Source: Planctomycetota bacterium (GTDB lineage Bacteria > Planctomycetota > UBA1135). From it: a DNA stretch of 64,000 nt. Of this stretch, positions 18,034-27,347 are shown piece by piece. A model generated the notes under the pieces. It was not told where the DNA came from. It saw only the letters and a program-made list of their open reading frames with translations, and ran no database searches. The position numbers were made by a program, and so were the translations under genes. The DNA lies in NCBI GenBank assembly GCA_045047305.1, contig JASFYO010000036.1, forward strand, positions 14,326 through 78,325, given 5' to 3'. Every line of letters begins with the position of its first letter. The first letter of the stretch is position 1.

Positions 18034-20483
18034 GAGGATTGGAAGGATTTAGAGCGCCAAGCAATGCTAACCACAGTCAGCGAACTCACCGGCATCAGGA
18101 CCGCGGCGACCAAGGGGTTTAGTAAACCGGCCATCGCGAGCGTCACACCAAGTGCATTGTAAGCGAGTGATACCAACAGATTGCACCGGATGACGCCTAC
18201 GCTACGAGCAGCTCCCTCGAGCAAACGCGCAATGCCGTTCGTGCCCGGAATGGAAAGGAAAACGTCGGCGGCGGCGAGGGAAGCTTCGGCACTTCCATGC
18301 ACGGCAATCCCTACATCTGCGGCGGCGAGTGCAGCGGCATCGTTCCAACCATCTCCGACCATAAGCACCGGTCGGGGGTGGGACGACGCCTTTTCTTTTG
18401 CCATAAATGCTTCCACCATTTCCAGCTTAGCCTCAGGAGTCATTTCGCCCTTGCAACGTTCCGGATCGATTTCCAGTTTTCGTGCCACCGCTTGCACTAC
18501 CGAGGGGTGGTCGCCCGACAACATGTGCAACTCCCAACCCTTCTGCTTGAGCTTTTGCACCACCTCCCGGGCATCGGCTTGCAGCGGATCGCCGATTCCA
18601 GCAACCACAACTTCATCACCCTGGCAAATGGCCACCGGCGAAAGTGCTTGGGCAATCACGGTATCCAGTTGCTCTTGTGGAACGACCAGCCCCATGGACT
18701 GCACCCACGCCGGAGAGCCAATGCAATATTGCACTCCACCGACCTTGCCCCGAACCCCTCCTCCAGGGATGACCGCAAGCTCCGCGACGGCCGGTAACTC
18801 CACATCCTCCGCGACTAAGTCGCGCAAGGCTAAGGCGAAAGGATGGGAAGCGTGTTGCTCCAATGCTGCGGTGGCGGCAGCTAGCTTTCTACTACCTACC
18901 CAATGCACCACCGACATTTTGCCTTGCGTCAGAGTGCCGGTCTTATCTAACAACAAAATACCTGGCTTCGACAAGCGCTCCAATGCATCGCCGCCCTTGA
19001 TTAGAATTCCGGCTCGTGCTGCACGTCCGACCGCAGCAACCACGGCAAGTGGAGTGGCGAGTCCAAGTGCACACGGGCAAGCCACGATGAGGAGTGCGAT
19101 GGCATGTTCCAGCGCATCGGTCGAACCTTGGTAGGTCCAAAAGGCATAAGTTATAAAAGCCAAGGCTAAAACCACGATGGTAAAGGTGCCAGAAACCCGA
19201 TCGGCCAAACGTACCATTTTGCCTGGGCGTTTCGCATACTCCTCCACTAACTGCATCAAACGCCCGACGCGACTGTCTTCTCCACTCGCCTTAACCTCGA
19301 GTTCCACACGCTCGCCGAGGTTAATGCTCCCGGCATAAACCACATCGCCAGGATGAAATTTCTTCGGCGCGGACTCTCCGCTAAGCACTTTCAAATCAAA
19401 GCTTGTACTGGCCGAAAGTAAGGTGCCATCGGCCGGAATGGTTTCGCTACCTAACACCTCGATGCGGTCGCCAGGCCGGAGCGACAAAATCGGGACTTGC
19501 TCGCTGCCGTGCTGCAAAATCCGCGTAGCAGATCCAGGCGTGAGCGCATGCATGAGTTCCAGGGCCTCGTACGCCCGACGTTGCTGTTTTTGCTGCACGA
19601 AACGTCCGACCAAAAGGAAGAACACTAAAATCGCTACCGACTCGAAGTAGACCTCCCCGATGTTGTGAAAGGTGTTCCAGGCACCGCCCAAAAATCCAGC
19701 ACTCAGTCCAAGTGCAATCGGTAGGTCCATATGCGGAGTGCGTGTACGTAAGGCTGCCCATGCTCCACGAAAAAAAATGCGTCCGGGCCACAACAAAATG
19801 AGTGCGGTTAATCCCAACGAACTCCAACGGAAGAAATTGCGGTACACATCTTCCATGCCGGAAAGAAAACCGCCATAGAGCGCGAAGGCAATCATCATCA
19901 CGTTGCCCGCAATCGCTCCAGCCACTCCAATCCGCATCAAGGCTGCCCGCGATTCCGCACGCCGACGCTCTTGCTCTTCTCCCTCCACCACCGGATGCGG
20001 TGGATAACCCAAACGATCCAAGGCCACCGCGATTTGCGCCAAGGAGACGATGCCTTCTTGCCATTGCAACTGCACTAAAGAGCGTCCCATATCTAAGCGC
20101 GACTCAATCAAACCCGGAAGGATGCTGGGCAATTTCTCAACTAGCCATACGCAAGCTGCGCAATGCACCCCTTCCAAAAAGAAAGTTGTATGCGCAATGC
20201 CATCCTGAACCTCGACATAACGATCTTGGAAATCGGCATGATCAAATTCAAAAAAAGCGCGTCCGGAACTCACCGCGGGCCGTGCATCGTCCTGGGTGTT
20301 GGCGACTAAATCGTAGTAGCGCTGCAATCCAAACGACTGCAATGTTTCAAAAACCACCTTGCACCCAGCACAACAGAACTGGTGTTGCGCTCCCGCCTCG
20401 ACCAAACCCTCGGGCACCGGAAGACTGCAGTGAGTGCAGTCGACCTTAGTGGCCGTGGGCTTCGACTGGGGTACTGGGTTCAC
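18030..20483 (-). CDS. ccoI: Copper-translocating P1B-type ATPase CcoI/FixI
   Basis: Motifs present are the transport site CPC (VACPCALGLATP), the phosphorylation site DKTGTLT and the hinge GDGWNDAAAL. N-terminal Cys pairs are CTHCSLP and CCAGCK. The gene lies within a cco cluster. Confidence 0.9.
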   Translation of the reverse strand: MNPVPQSKPTATKVDCTHCSLPVPEGLVEAGAQHQFCCAGCKVVFETLQSFGLQRYYDLVANTQDDARPAVSSGRAFFEFDHADFQDRYVEVQDGIAHTTFFLEGVHCAACVWLVEKLPSILPGLIESRLDMGRSLVQLQWQEGIVSLAQIAVALDRLGYPPHPVVEGEEQERRRAESRAALMRIGVAGAIAGNVMMIAFALYGGFLSGMEDVYRNFFRWSSLGLTALILLWPGRIFFRGAWAALRTRTPHMDLPIALGLSAGFLGGAWNTFHNIGEVYFESVAILVFFLLVGRFVQQKQQRRAYEALELMHALTPGSATRILQHGSEQVPILSLRPGDRIEVLGSETIPADGTLLSASTSFDLKVLSGESAPKKFHPGDVVYAGSINLGERVELEVKASGEDSRVGRLMQLVEEYAKRPGKMVRLADRVSGTFTIVVLALAFITYAFWTYQGSTDALEHAIALLIVACPCALGLATPLAVVAAVGRAARAGILIKGGDALERLSKPGILLLDKTGTLTQGKMSVVHWVGSRKLAAATAALEQHASHPFALALRDLVAEDVELPAVAELAVIPGGGVRGKVGGVQYCIGSPAWVQSMGLVVPQEQLDTVIAQALSPVAICQGDEVVVAGIGDPLQADAREVVQKLKQKGWELHMLSGDHPSVVQAVARKLEIDPERCKGEMTPEAKLEMVEAFMAKEKASSHPRPVLMVGDGWNDAAALAAADVGIAVHGSAEASLAAADVFLSIPGTNGIARLLEGAARSVGVIRCNLLVSLAYNALGVTLAMAGLLNPLVAAVLMPVSSLTVVSIAWRSKSFQSS

Positions 20484-21189
20484 AACAAGCAGGCGTGGTT
20501 TGCCCCGCTACTTGAGCCGCGGCAAAGGAAGGTACATCCAGGCGTCCGAGAACGGCCATTAAGCCGACCACAACCAAGAGCACCGCAGAAAAGGAAGGTA
20601 CATGACGCTGCATCGGACCTGCAAGTTTTTGCACGCCGACACCTACTGCTGCGAGCGCTGGAACCGTTCCCGCCCAGAAAACCATCATGCTGACGGCACC
20701 CCACCACGGACTTCCAGTGGCTGCAGCCCCGGCTGCGAATAGATAAAGCCAACCGCAGGGTAATAAGGCTGTGAGCAGCCCCAAAGTGAGGCCACGTAAA
20801 AGTGGTCCACGTTGGGTCACTTTGGAGAATCCAGCTTGATAAAAGCGCTGCAAAAAAGCGGGAACCGGAAGCTTGACCTGCTTTCCACGTACACGCAGTA
20901 AAAGAATGGCGCCGTAAGAAATCATCATCAGGCCGGCAAGCATGATGGCAATACGTCCGAGGCCGAGTGCATTACCGCCAAGATCAATGGCAGCTCCGAA
21001 ACTTCCGGCGAGAAAACCAATCAAGCTGTAGCTGAGAAAACGTCCGCCGTGATACGCAAGTTGTGCATGCTGGCGTGCGCCGGATTGGGGGGATGCGGAA
21101 AGAAAGGCCACCACGCCTCCGCACATGCCCGCGCAGTGCAAGCTCCCCAACAGGCTTGCCACAAACACGGTGCCGAGTAGGGTTATCAT
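20446..21189 (-). CDS. DsbD_2 / TauE-SafE-like membrane protein with HCxxMCGG motif
   Basis: The protein is polytopic, with an N-terminal LGSLHCAGMCGGVVAF and a later LLPCGWLY. Its 3' end overlaps the ccoI start by 38 nt. Confidence 0.65.
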   Translation of the reverse strand: MITLLGTVFVASLLGSLHCAGMCGGVVAFLSASPQSGARQHAQLAYHGGRFLSYSLIGFLAGSFGAAIDLGGNALGLGRIAIMLAGLMMISYGAILLLRVRGKQVKLPVPAFLQRFYQAGFSKVTQRGPLLRGLTLGLLTALLPCGWLYLFAAGAAATGSPWWGAVSMMVFWAGTVPALAAVGVGVQKLAGPMQRHVPSFSAVLLVVVGLMAVLGRLDVPSFAAAQVAGQTTPACCEPSTPVEAHGH

Positions 21190-21683
21190 GATTTGGAAAC
21201 TTGGATTTCGCGATCAACGATTTCCCTTAAATCTCCACTCCAAAGTTCTTCGCCACGAGTGAACTGCAATTGCCAGCGCCAGATCCCGGAGCGCCGCAAC
21301 GGAATTTGGGTTGCGTAAGTGCCTGGTATTGCTTCGAGCAGCTGCGGCTCAAAAAACTGTTTTGGATAAGCGTTGTGAAAGGCTTTCAAGTGACTGGTCA
21401 ATCCTGTCACCGGATGGCCATCACGATCGGTGATGACAAAAGCCACATCGGAATTGCCTTTGGACTGCGCATGCGTAGTCTGAAATACGACCTTCCAGCC
21501 GAGAGCCTCTGAGGCACGCACCTCTTCCATGTGCGCATCCCAATTTTCCGCGGCCTCATAATAATTCTCCACCGCAGCAAAGTGAGGGTCGCCAAGCGCC
21601 AATTGAATCCGCCATACGGCAAAAATAACCGTTGAGAAAAGGACCCAAAAGGGCATCCACTTCCAGGCATTTTCGGCTTTCAT
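21186..21683 (-). CDS. ccoH: FixH/CcoH family cbb3 assembly protein
   Basis: The product is 165 aa with one N-terminal helix (WKWMPFWVLFSTVIFAVW). It sits between ccoG and ccoI, and its size and topology match FixH. Confidence 0.65.
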   Translation of the reverse strand: MKAENAWKWMPFWVLFSTVIFAVWRIQLALGDPHFAAVENYYEAAENWDAHMEEVRASEALGWKVVFQTTHAQSKGNSDVAFVITDRDGHPVTGLTSHLKAFHNAYPKQFFEPQLLEAIPGTYATQIPLRRSGIWRWQLQFTRGEELWSGDLREIVDREIQVSKS

Positions 21684-21687
21684 GATT

Positions 21688-23088
21688 TCACTTAGAGCTT
21701 ACCAGATTGGGACCAAATAGGGTCTTCTCTAGCTTGGCGTGGAACTCTTCCCCGTCACTAATGGTGATGTGCAACATGGCTTTACCCTCGATAAAACTTT
21801 CCGCCGGAGTAAACACAGGAAGGTTCACTTTCTGCATGCCGTAAGCCTCCAAGGTGATTGGGAAAGGATTTCCTTTGACCACAGAAGGCCCTTGCACCTC
21901 CAGGGTGTAAGTACGTGATTCGGGTGAGCGGTTGCTAATCCGCAAGCTCACTGGCTGCACGATTTCGTTGCCAGACTGCGCCGGCACCGAACCTTGGTTG
22001 CGTAAGATCATCGCTTCTGAGGATGCGCGGTGGCTCAAGCCAAATCCTAGTCCGCCAAAAATAGCCAGCAGCAAAAGCGGGTAGACCACTAGGCGTGGAC
22101 GAAACTTCTTACGCATGACGCCCGCTAGTGAATTTTGTGAGGCAAAACGAATTAAGCCCTTGGGCCTTTCAATTTTCTCCATCACCGTATCGCAAGCATC
22201 GATGCATTGAGTGCAGGCAATGCATTCCAATTGCAGTCCGTCGCGGATATCAATCCCGGTTGGGCATGCTGCCACGCACAAACCACAGTCAATACAGTCC
22301 CCTTGGCTGTCGACATTCTCGACATGACTCTTTTTGCCACGCGGCTCGCCACGTTTTTCATCGTATCCCACAATCAAGGAGTCGCGGTCAAGTAGCACTG
22401 ATTGCAAACGCGCATACGGACACACCAAAGTGCACATTTGCTCGCGGAAGAATACGAAGTCGAACATCATCAGTGCAGTCACAGCAAGGACCACGCCAAA
22501 TGCAGCTGGGTGATCGCCAGGCATATGCCAGCTCCAGGACCAAACTTCTGCGGGGCCAGCAAAGTAAGCGAGGAAGGTATTCGATAGATGAAGCGAGAAC
22601 ACCAAGAAGATGGCGTACTTCAGAACCTTGCGCCACAAGGCCACCTTCTTTTTGGAGTTACCGCTTTTGTTGCCCTCGGCCCAACGTTCGATCGGGCGGT
22701 AAAGGAATTCCAGGTACACCGTTTGTGGACAAGCCCAACCGCACCAACCGCGTCCGAGAATAGCGGTAATCAGGAAGATTCCGAAGAACACCCCAATCAA
22801 GAGCAAGGCCAGCAACAAGACCTCGGTGGGTTGGAAAGTGGTGCCGAAGAAAGTGAATTCACGGTGCACCACATCCAGCAGCATGACTGGGCGTCCCCCA
22901 ATCGTCATCCACGGGATGGCGCTGAACATGATCATCAAAATCCACGCCACCACACGACGCCGGCTCCACCATTTCCCCATAGCGGCCTTAGGGCGTATCC
23001 AACGACGGGTGCCGTCTGGATTTAAGGTCGAAAGGACGCGTTCTAGGGGATCCACCAAGTTGTCTGACATCGTTCTGCTCCAGTCCAC
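21688..23088 (-). CDS. ccoG: cbb3 oxidase accessory ferredoxin-like membrane protein CcoG/FixG
   Basis: It has the CGWACPQ motif, two 4Fe-4S motifs (CIDCGLCVAACP and CIACTQCIDAC) and a C-terminal beta-rich domain. Confidence 0.88.
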   Translation of the reverse strand: MDWSRTMSDNLVDPLERVLSTLNPDGTRRWIRPKAAMGKWWSRRRVVAWILMIMFSAIPWMTIGGRPVMLLDVVHREFTFFGTTFQPTEVLLLALLLIGVFFGIFLITAILGRGWCGWACPQTVYLEFLYRPIERWAEGNKSGNSKKKVALWRKVLKYAIFLVFSLHLSNTFLAYFAGPAEVWSWSWHMPGDHPAAFGVVLAVTALMMFDFVFFREQMCTLVCPYARLQSVLLDRDSLIVGYDEKRGEPRGKKSHVENVDSQGDCIDCGLCVAACPTGIDIRDGLQLECIACTQCIDACDTVMEKIERPKGLIRFASQNSLAGVMRKKFRPRLVVYPLLLLAIFGGLGFGLSHRASSEAMILRNQGSVPAQSGNEIVQPVSLRISNRSPESRTYTLEVQGPSVVKGNPFPITLEAYGMQKVNLPVFTPAESFIEGKAMLHITISDGEEFHAKLEKTLFGPNLVSSK

Positions 23089-23131
23089 TCAGTGTGATTT
23101 TGCCAAGCAAGGTTCCAAGGCAAACATGGAA

Positions 23132-23734
23132 TTATTGACTACCCCAAGCAGGCATTTTCTCGCCTTCCGCTGCCTTCGGATTGGCAGGTGTGGTGCCACG
23201 CAAACTAGCAACGAAAACCGCGACATCTGCGATTTCGTTCTCGTTCATAGTGGCAGACTGCGACAACATTGCAGTACCTGGAACACCATGGGTGATGACT
23301 CTCACGATGTCTTCCATCGACTGAATGTTCTTACCGAAATCGTCGCAGAAGTTGGGTCCTAGTCCGATGACGCCTCCACCATCCGGCGCATGGCATGCGG
23401 TGCACCCTACAGTCGCAAACTTAGCTTTCCCGCGAGCAAGGTGGGCTGGATCTTGCATCAAAGCAAACAATCCTTCTGCACTGGTATCTGCTTGTGGACG
23501 TGCCGCTTCCCGCGCAAGCTGAGCCGCGACATCGGCCTCGTAATGATCGTAGACCGTGTTGCCGTCGGCAAAGTGGTACCACCAGGTGTAAGGGATTGCG
23601 AACAGGATCGATCCCAGGAAAATGGCTTTCCACCATCCAGGCAACGGATTATCGAATTCCTGAATGCCATCGTAATTGTGCTCGAGGAGGATGTCCTCTT
23701 GTGTTGAGTCCGGAAGTTTTTGCTGATCAGACAT
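23132..23734 (-). CDS. ccoP: cbb3 oxidase subunit III (CcoP), monoheme form
   Basis: The FixP N-terminal signature DGIQEFDNPLPGWW is followed by one TM helix. Only one CxxCH motif (CTACH) occurs in 200 aa. Confidence 0.8.
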   Translation of the reverse strand: MSDQQKLPDSTQEDILLEHNYDGIQEFDNPLPGWWKAIFLGSILFAIPYTWWYHFADGNTVYDHYEADVAAQLAREAARPQADTSAEGLFALMQDPAHLARGKAKFATVGCTACHAPDGGGVIGLGPNFCDDFGKNIQSMEDIVRVITHGVPGTAMLSQSATMNENEIADVAVFVASLRGTTPANPKAAEGEKMPAWGSQ

Positions 23735-23921
23735 TGCGCGTCTCCTTTGCGCGGGAGTCCGGAGTGGAAGCGAGTTGGCCTTCCTCTAAGGGCAACCTGG
23801 ATTCAGTTGGGAACTGCTTCGCGCGGCGCGAGAAGAAGGCCCATAGAATCACGCCGACGAAAAAGAGGCAAAAAAACAACATGGTCATCTGCTTGATGAA
23901 AGAGAGATTGAAGTATTCCAC
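23727..23921 (-). CDS. ccoQ: cbb3 oxidase small subunit CcoQ/FixQ-like
   Basis: The product is 64 aa with one helix (MLFFCLFFVGVILWAFFSRR). It lies between ccoNO and ccoP. Confidence 0.5.
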   Translation of the reverse strand: MEYFNLSFIKQMTMLFFCLFFVGVILWAFFSRRAKQFPTESRLPLEEGQLASTPDSRAKETRNV

Positions 23922-26173
23922 TACTTGCCCCCCTCGCCAAGATTCCCATCGTTGGATGTGGTCTCAGGCATCTTGCCGATGTCGGTTCCGAGGCGTTGCA
24001 GATAAGCGATGAGCGCAACCACTTGTTTGGTTTCAAACCCGCTCAGGCTTGCACTCTCCTTTTCGATCTGCGCTGCAATCTGCGCTGCCTGCTGCCGCGC
24101 ATTTTCAGCACCATTGGCGATTTCCTCATCCGTGTAAGGCACACCTAAAATTTGGTTCGCCTTCATGTGGCGCGGAATGACATCGAAATCAATCTCCTTC
24201 TTGAGCATGTGCGCATAAGGAGGCATGATCGATCCGACCGACGTCTCCTGTGGGTCATTCAAGTGCCGCAGGTGCCAGCTTGCCGTCAGCGGACGGGTGC
24301 CCACACGATGCAAATCTGGGCCAATGCGTCGAGAGCCCCACTGGAATGGGTGGTCGTACACAAACTCGCCTGCCTTGCTGTACTCACCGAATCTCTCGGT
24401 TTCAAAGTGCAACGGGCGCACCATTTGCGAGTGACAGTTGTAGCAACCTTCTGCGACGTACATATCACGACCAGCCAACTCCAATGGCGTGTACGGTTTC
24501 ACTGAGGCAATGGTTGGCACATTGGAATCGATGACGAAGGTTGGAATGATCTCGAACAAGGATGCCGAGACAATGGCAACCACAACCCAAATGGTAAATT
24601 TGAGCGGCTTGCCTTCCCAAGCGCGGTGCCAGTTCATGGCCCGGAAGCCACCGGTGCTTGGAGCAGCCTTGTAGTTCGGATCCAAAGCAGGTGCTTCGTA
24701 AACCGGTTCCGCATAAGTAGCTGGGCGGTTCTTCCAGGTAAGTATGAGGTTCGTCAATCCGAGAATGGCGCCGGTCAAGTAGAGGCCACCACCGAATGCG
24801 CGAATCCAGTACATCGGGATGAGAGGTCTGACGGTCTCGAGGAAGTCTGGATATTCCAAGGTCCCTTCAGCAGTGAACGCGCGCCACATCAAGCCTTGAG
24901 TCAGGCCAGCCGCGTAAATCGCCACGATGTAAAGCACAATGCCGATGGTGCCCATCCAGAAGTGCATGTTGACCCACTTTGGTTTGGCGACCTCTGTCTG
25001 GAACAAACGGGGCATCAGCCAGTAAACCATGCCGAAAATCATGAAGCCCACCCAACCGAGAGTGCCGGCATGCACGTGCGCGATAGTCCAGTCGGTGTAG
25101 TGGCTCAACGAGTTCACCGACTTAATCGACAGTAATGGACCCTCGAAAGTGGACATGCCGTAAAAGGTGATGGCCACAACGTAAAATTTAAGGATAGGGT
25201 CGGTTGATACGCGGTGCCAAGCGCCACGCAAAGTCAGTAAACCGTTCAACATACCGCCCCAAGACGGCATCCACAGCATCACCGAAAACAGCATGGCTAA
25301 GGTCGATGCCCATTCCGGCAACGCGGTGTAATGCAGATGGTGAGGTCCGGCCCAGATGTAGATAAACACCAGGGACCAAAAGTGCAGAATGGACAGTTTG
25401 TAACTGAACACCGGGCGCTCAGCAGCCTTCGGCAAGAAGTAGTACATCAGGCCGAGGAAGGGCGTGGTCAAAAAGAAGGCCACTGCATTATGTCCATACC
25501 ACCACTGCATGAAGGCGTCTTGGACACCAGCGTACAGCGAGTAAGACTTCATCGGGCCGGCGATCACCCACAGGTTGTTAAAGATATGCAGAACCGCAAT
25601 CGCGATAATCGTTGCGATGTAGAACCACAGCGCCACATACAAGTGACGTTCGCGGCGAATCTTCAAGGTGCCGAAAAAGTTAACCGCAAACACCAACCAG
25701 ATGATGGTGATAGCGATGTCGATTGGCCATTCCAGTTCCGCGTATTCCTTACCTTGGGTAAAACCAAACGGCAGCGTGAACACCGCGGACAAAATAATCG
25801 TCTGCCAACCCCAGAAGTGAATGTTCGACAACTTGTCGCTGAACATCCTCGTTTTCAATAAGCGCTGACTGGAGTAATACACTGCCGCAAAAATTCCGTT
25901 GCCGGCAAAAGCGAAAATCACTGCATTGGTATGCAGCGGGCGAAGACGTCCGAAGGTGGTCCACTCAAGTCCAAGGTTGAAACGGGAGTCTGCGAGTTGC
26001 AGCGCGATGATGACACCGACCAAGAGGCCTACAACCCCCCAGATAAAGCATGCGAATACGAATTTACGGACAATGCCGTCGTCGTATGTGAATCGTTCGA
26101 GTGCTCTCGCCGTAACGGAAGAAGTCAGATCGTTCATGATTTTTAGAAGTCCTGCGGAATGGCAGAACGGCAT
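23921..26173 (-). CDS. ccoNO: Fused cbb3 oxidase subunits I+II (CcoN-CcoO)
   Basis: The N-terminal ~480 aa form a polytopic heme-copper subunit I (ERFTYDDGIVRKF... with many TM helices). The C-terminal part is CcoO (PYTPLELAGRDMYVAEGCYNCHSQMVRP). A strong SD, GGGAGG, sits 7 nt upstream of ATG 26173. Confidence 0.9.
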   Translation of the reverse strand: MPFCHSAGLLKIMNDLTSSVTARALERFTYDDGIVRKFVFACFIWGVVGLLVGVIIALQLADSRFNLGLEWTTFGRLRPLHTNAVIFAFAGNGIFAAVYYSSQRLLKTRMFSDKLSNIHFWGWQTIILSAVFTLPFGFTQGKEYAELEWPIDIAITIIWLVFAVNFFGTLKIRRERHLYVALWFYIATIIAIAVLHIFNNLWVIAGPMKSYSLYAGVQDAFMQWWYGHNAVAFFLTTPFLGLMYYFLPKAAERPVFSYKLSILHFWSLVFIYIWAGPHHLHYTALPEWASTLAMLFSVMLWMPSWGGMLNGLLTLRGAWHRVSTDPILKFYVVAITFYGMSTFEGPLLSIKSVNSLSHYTDWTIAHVHAGTLGWVGFMIFGMVYWLMPRLFQTEVAKPKWVNMHFWMGTIGIVLYIVAIYAAGLTQGLMWRAFTAEGTLEYPDFLETVRPLIPMYWIRAFGGGLYLTGAILGLTNLILTWKNRPATYAEPVYEAPALDPNYKAAPSTGGFRAMNWHRAWEGKPLKFTIWVVVAIVSASLFEIIPTFVIDSNVPTIASVKPYTPLELAGRDMYVAEGCYNCHSQMVRPLHFETERFGEYSKAGEFVYDHPFQWGSRRIGPDLHRVGTRPLTASWHLRHLNDPQETSVGSIMPPYAHMLKKEIDFDVIPRHMKANQILGVPYTDEEIANGAENARQQAAQIAAQIEKESASLSGFETKQVVALIAYLQRLGTDIGKMPETTSNDGNLGEGGK

Positions 26174-26300
26174 GATACTGCCTCCCTAAAGCAATAAAAT
26201 AGTATTTACTCTTATTTCAAAAGGCTTACTCTAAGGTATCTTGAAACCTTTTCCCGGAATTTGGCCTGATCCAGGAATGGCAACATAATTCTCTATTGTC

Positions 26301-27329
26301 TCAAATCCGTAACAATACTTTGCCGAAGGCTTTACGCCCTGAAACCCTTTCATGGGCACTGGCGACATCCATCAAATCAAACTTGGAGTCAATCACAGGG
26401 CTCAATTTCCCCTGAAACACCAGCTGCGAGAGCTGCTTCACCTCTCCGAGCCCGCCCATCGTGCTACCGAGCAAACTTAAACTCTTAAAGAAGATTGGAG
26501 CGAAATTTATTTCCATTTCAGCTCCGCTAGTCACGCCACAGGTCACCAAGCGTCCACCTTTCGCCAACGCCCAAATCCCTTTGGGAAGAGTATCCACACC
26601 TATGTGATCCACAATGACATCTAGCCCGGCCTTCTGCGTCCAAGCCTTGGCAGCTTGAACCCAGTCTTCGGTACGGTAGTTGACGCCAAAGTCCGCGCCA
26701 TTCCCCAGGCCTTGAGCTACCTTTTCATCGCTGCCGGCAGTCACCATCACCGATGCCCCGTGCAGCTTTGCGATTTGAGTTGCCGCAACCGAAACTCCGC
26801 TTCCTGCAGCGTGCACCAACACTTTGTCCCAGGCCTTTAGTTGGCAGCGCGTCATCAGCATGTGCCAGGCAGTTAAAAATGTGAGCGGGAAAGCTGCTGC
26901 CTCATCTAATGGGAAGTCATCGGGTACGGGAATCAAGTTTTCTGCGCGCACTACCGCAAACTCAGCATTACCCCCATCGCAAGTCTCTCCGTAGATCCCA
27001 TAGTCCCGCGCCAAATTGTGGTGGCCTGCGGCAGCTTGCACGCTTGGTGCTACGGTAAAACCAGGAGCGATAGTCACCCGTTGGCCGAGAACCGAGGCAT
27101 CGACGCCAGCTCCCAACTTTTCGACCACCCCACTAAAATCACAGCCTGGCGTGATAGGAAATGGAAACTTGTGGCCGGGGACGCCTCGCCTCACCCAAGT
27201 GTCTAGATGGTTGAGTGCAGCCCATGCGACTTGAATGCGCACTTCCAGAGGACCGGGTTCCGGAACAGGGATCTGCTCTAGGCGGAGGACGTCGAAGGAT
27301 CCGTGCTCATGGATGCGGACAGCTTGCAT
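26301..27329 (-). CDS. Zinc-type alcohol dehydrogenase / NADPH:quinone oxidoreductase family (MDR superfamily)
   Basis: The N-terminus is MQAVRIHEHGSFDVLRLEQIPVPEPGPLEVRIQV. The Rossmann segment is VLVHAAGSGVSVAATQIAKLHGA. Confidence 0.8.
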   Translation of the reverse strand: MQAVRIHEHGSFDVLRLEQIPVPEPGPLEVRIQVAWAALNHLDTWVRRGVPGHKFPFPITPGCDFSGVVEKLGAGVDASVLGQRVTIAPGFTVAPSVQAAAGHHNLARDYGIYGETCDGGNAEFAVVRAENLIPVPDDFPLDEAAAFPLTFLTAWHMLMTRCQLKAWDKVLVHAAGSGVSVAATQIAKLHGASVMVTAGSDEKVAQGLGNGADFGVNYRTEDWVQAAKAWTQKAGLDVIVDHIGVDTLPKGIWALAKGGRLVTCGVTSGAEMEINFAPIFFKSLSLLGSTMGGLGEVKQLSQLVFQGKLSPVIDSKFDLMDVASAHERVSGRKAFGKVLLRI

Positions 27330-27347
27330 CCAGGAATACTAGCGCCG

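Noticed and set aside
26174-26300. An FNR/Anr box (TTGAT-N4-ATCAA) or a clear -35/-10 pair upstream of the cco operon.
   Set aside because: The region is AT-rich and surely contains the promoter. No convincing FNR-type palindrome or spaced hexamer pair could be read on either strand. Only the SD (GGGAGG) is clear.
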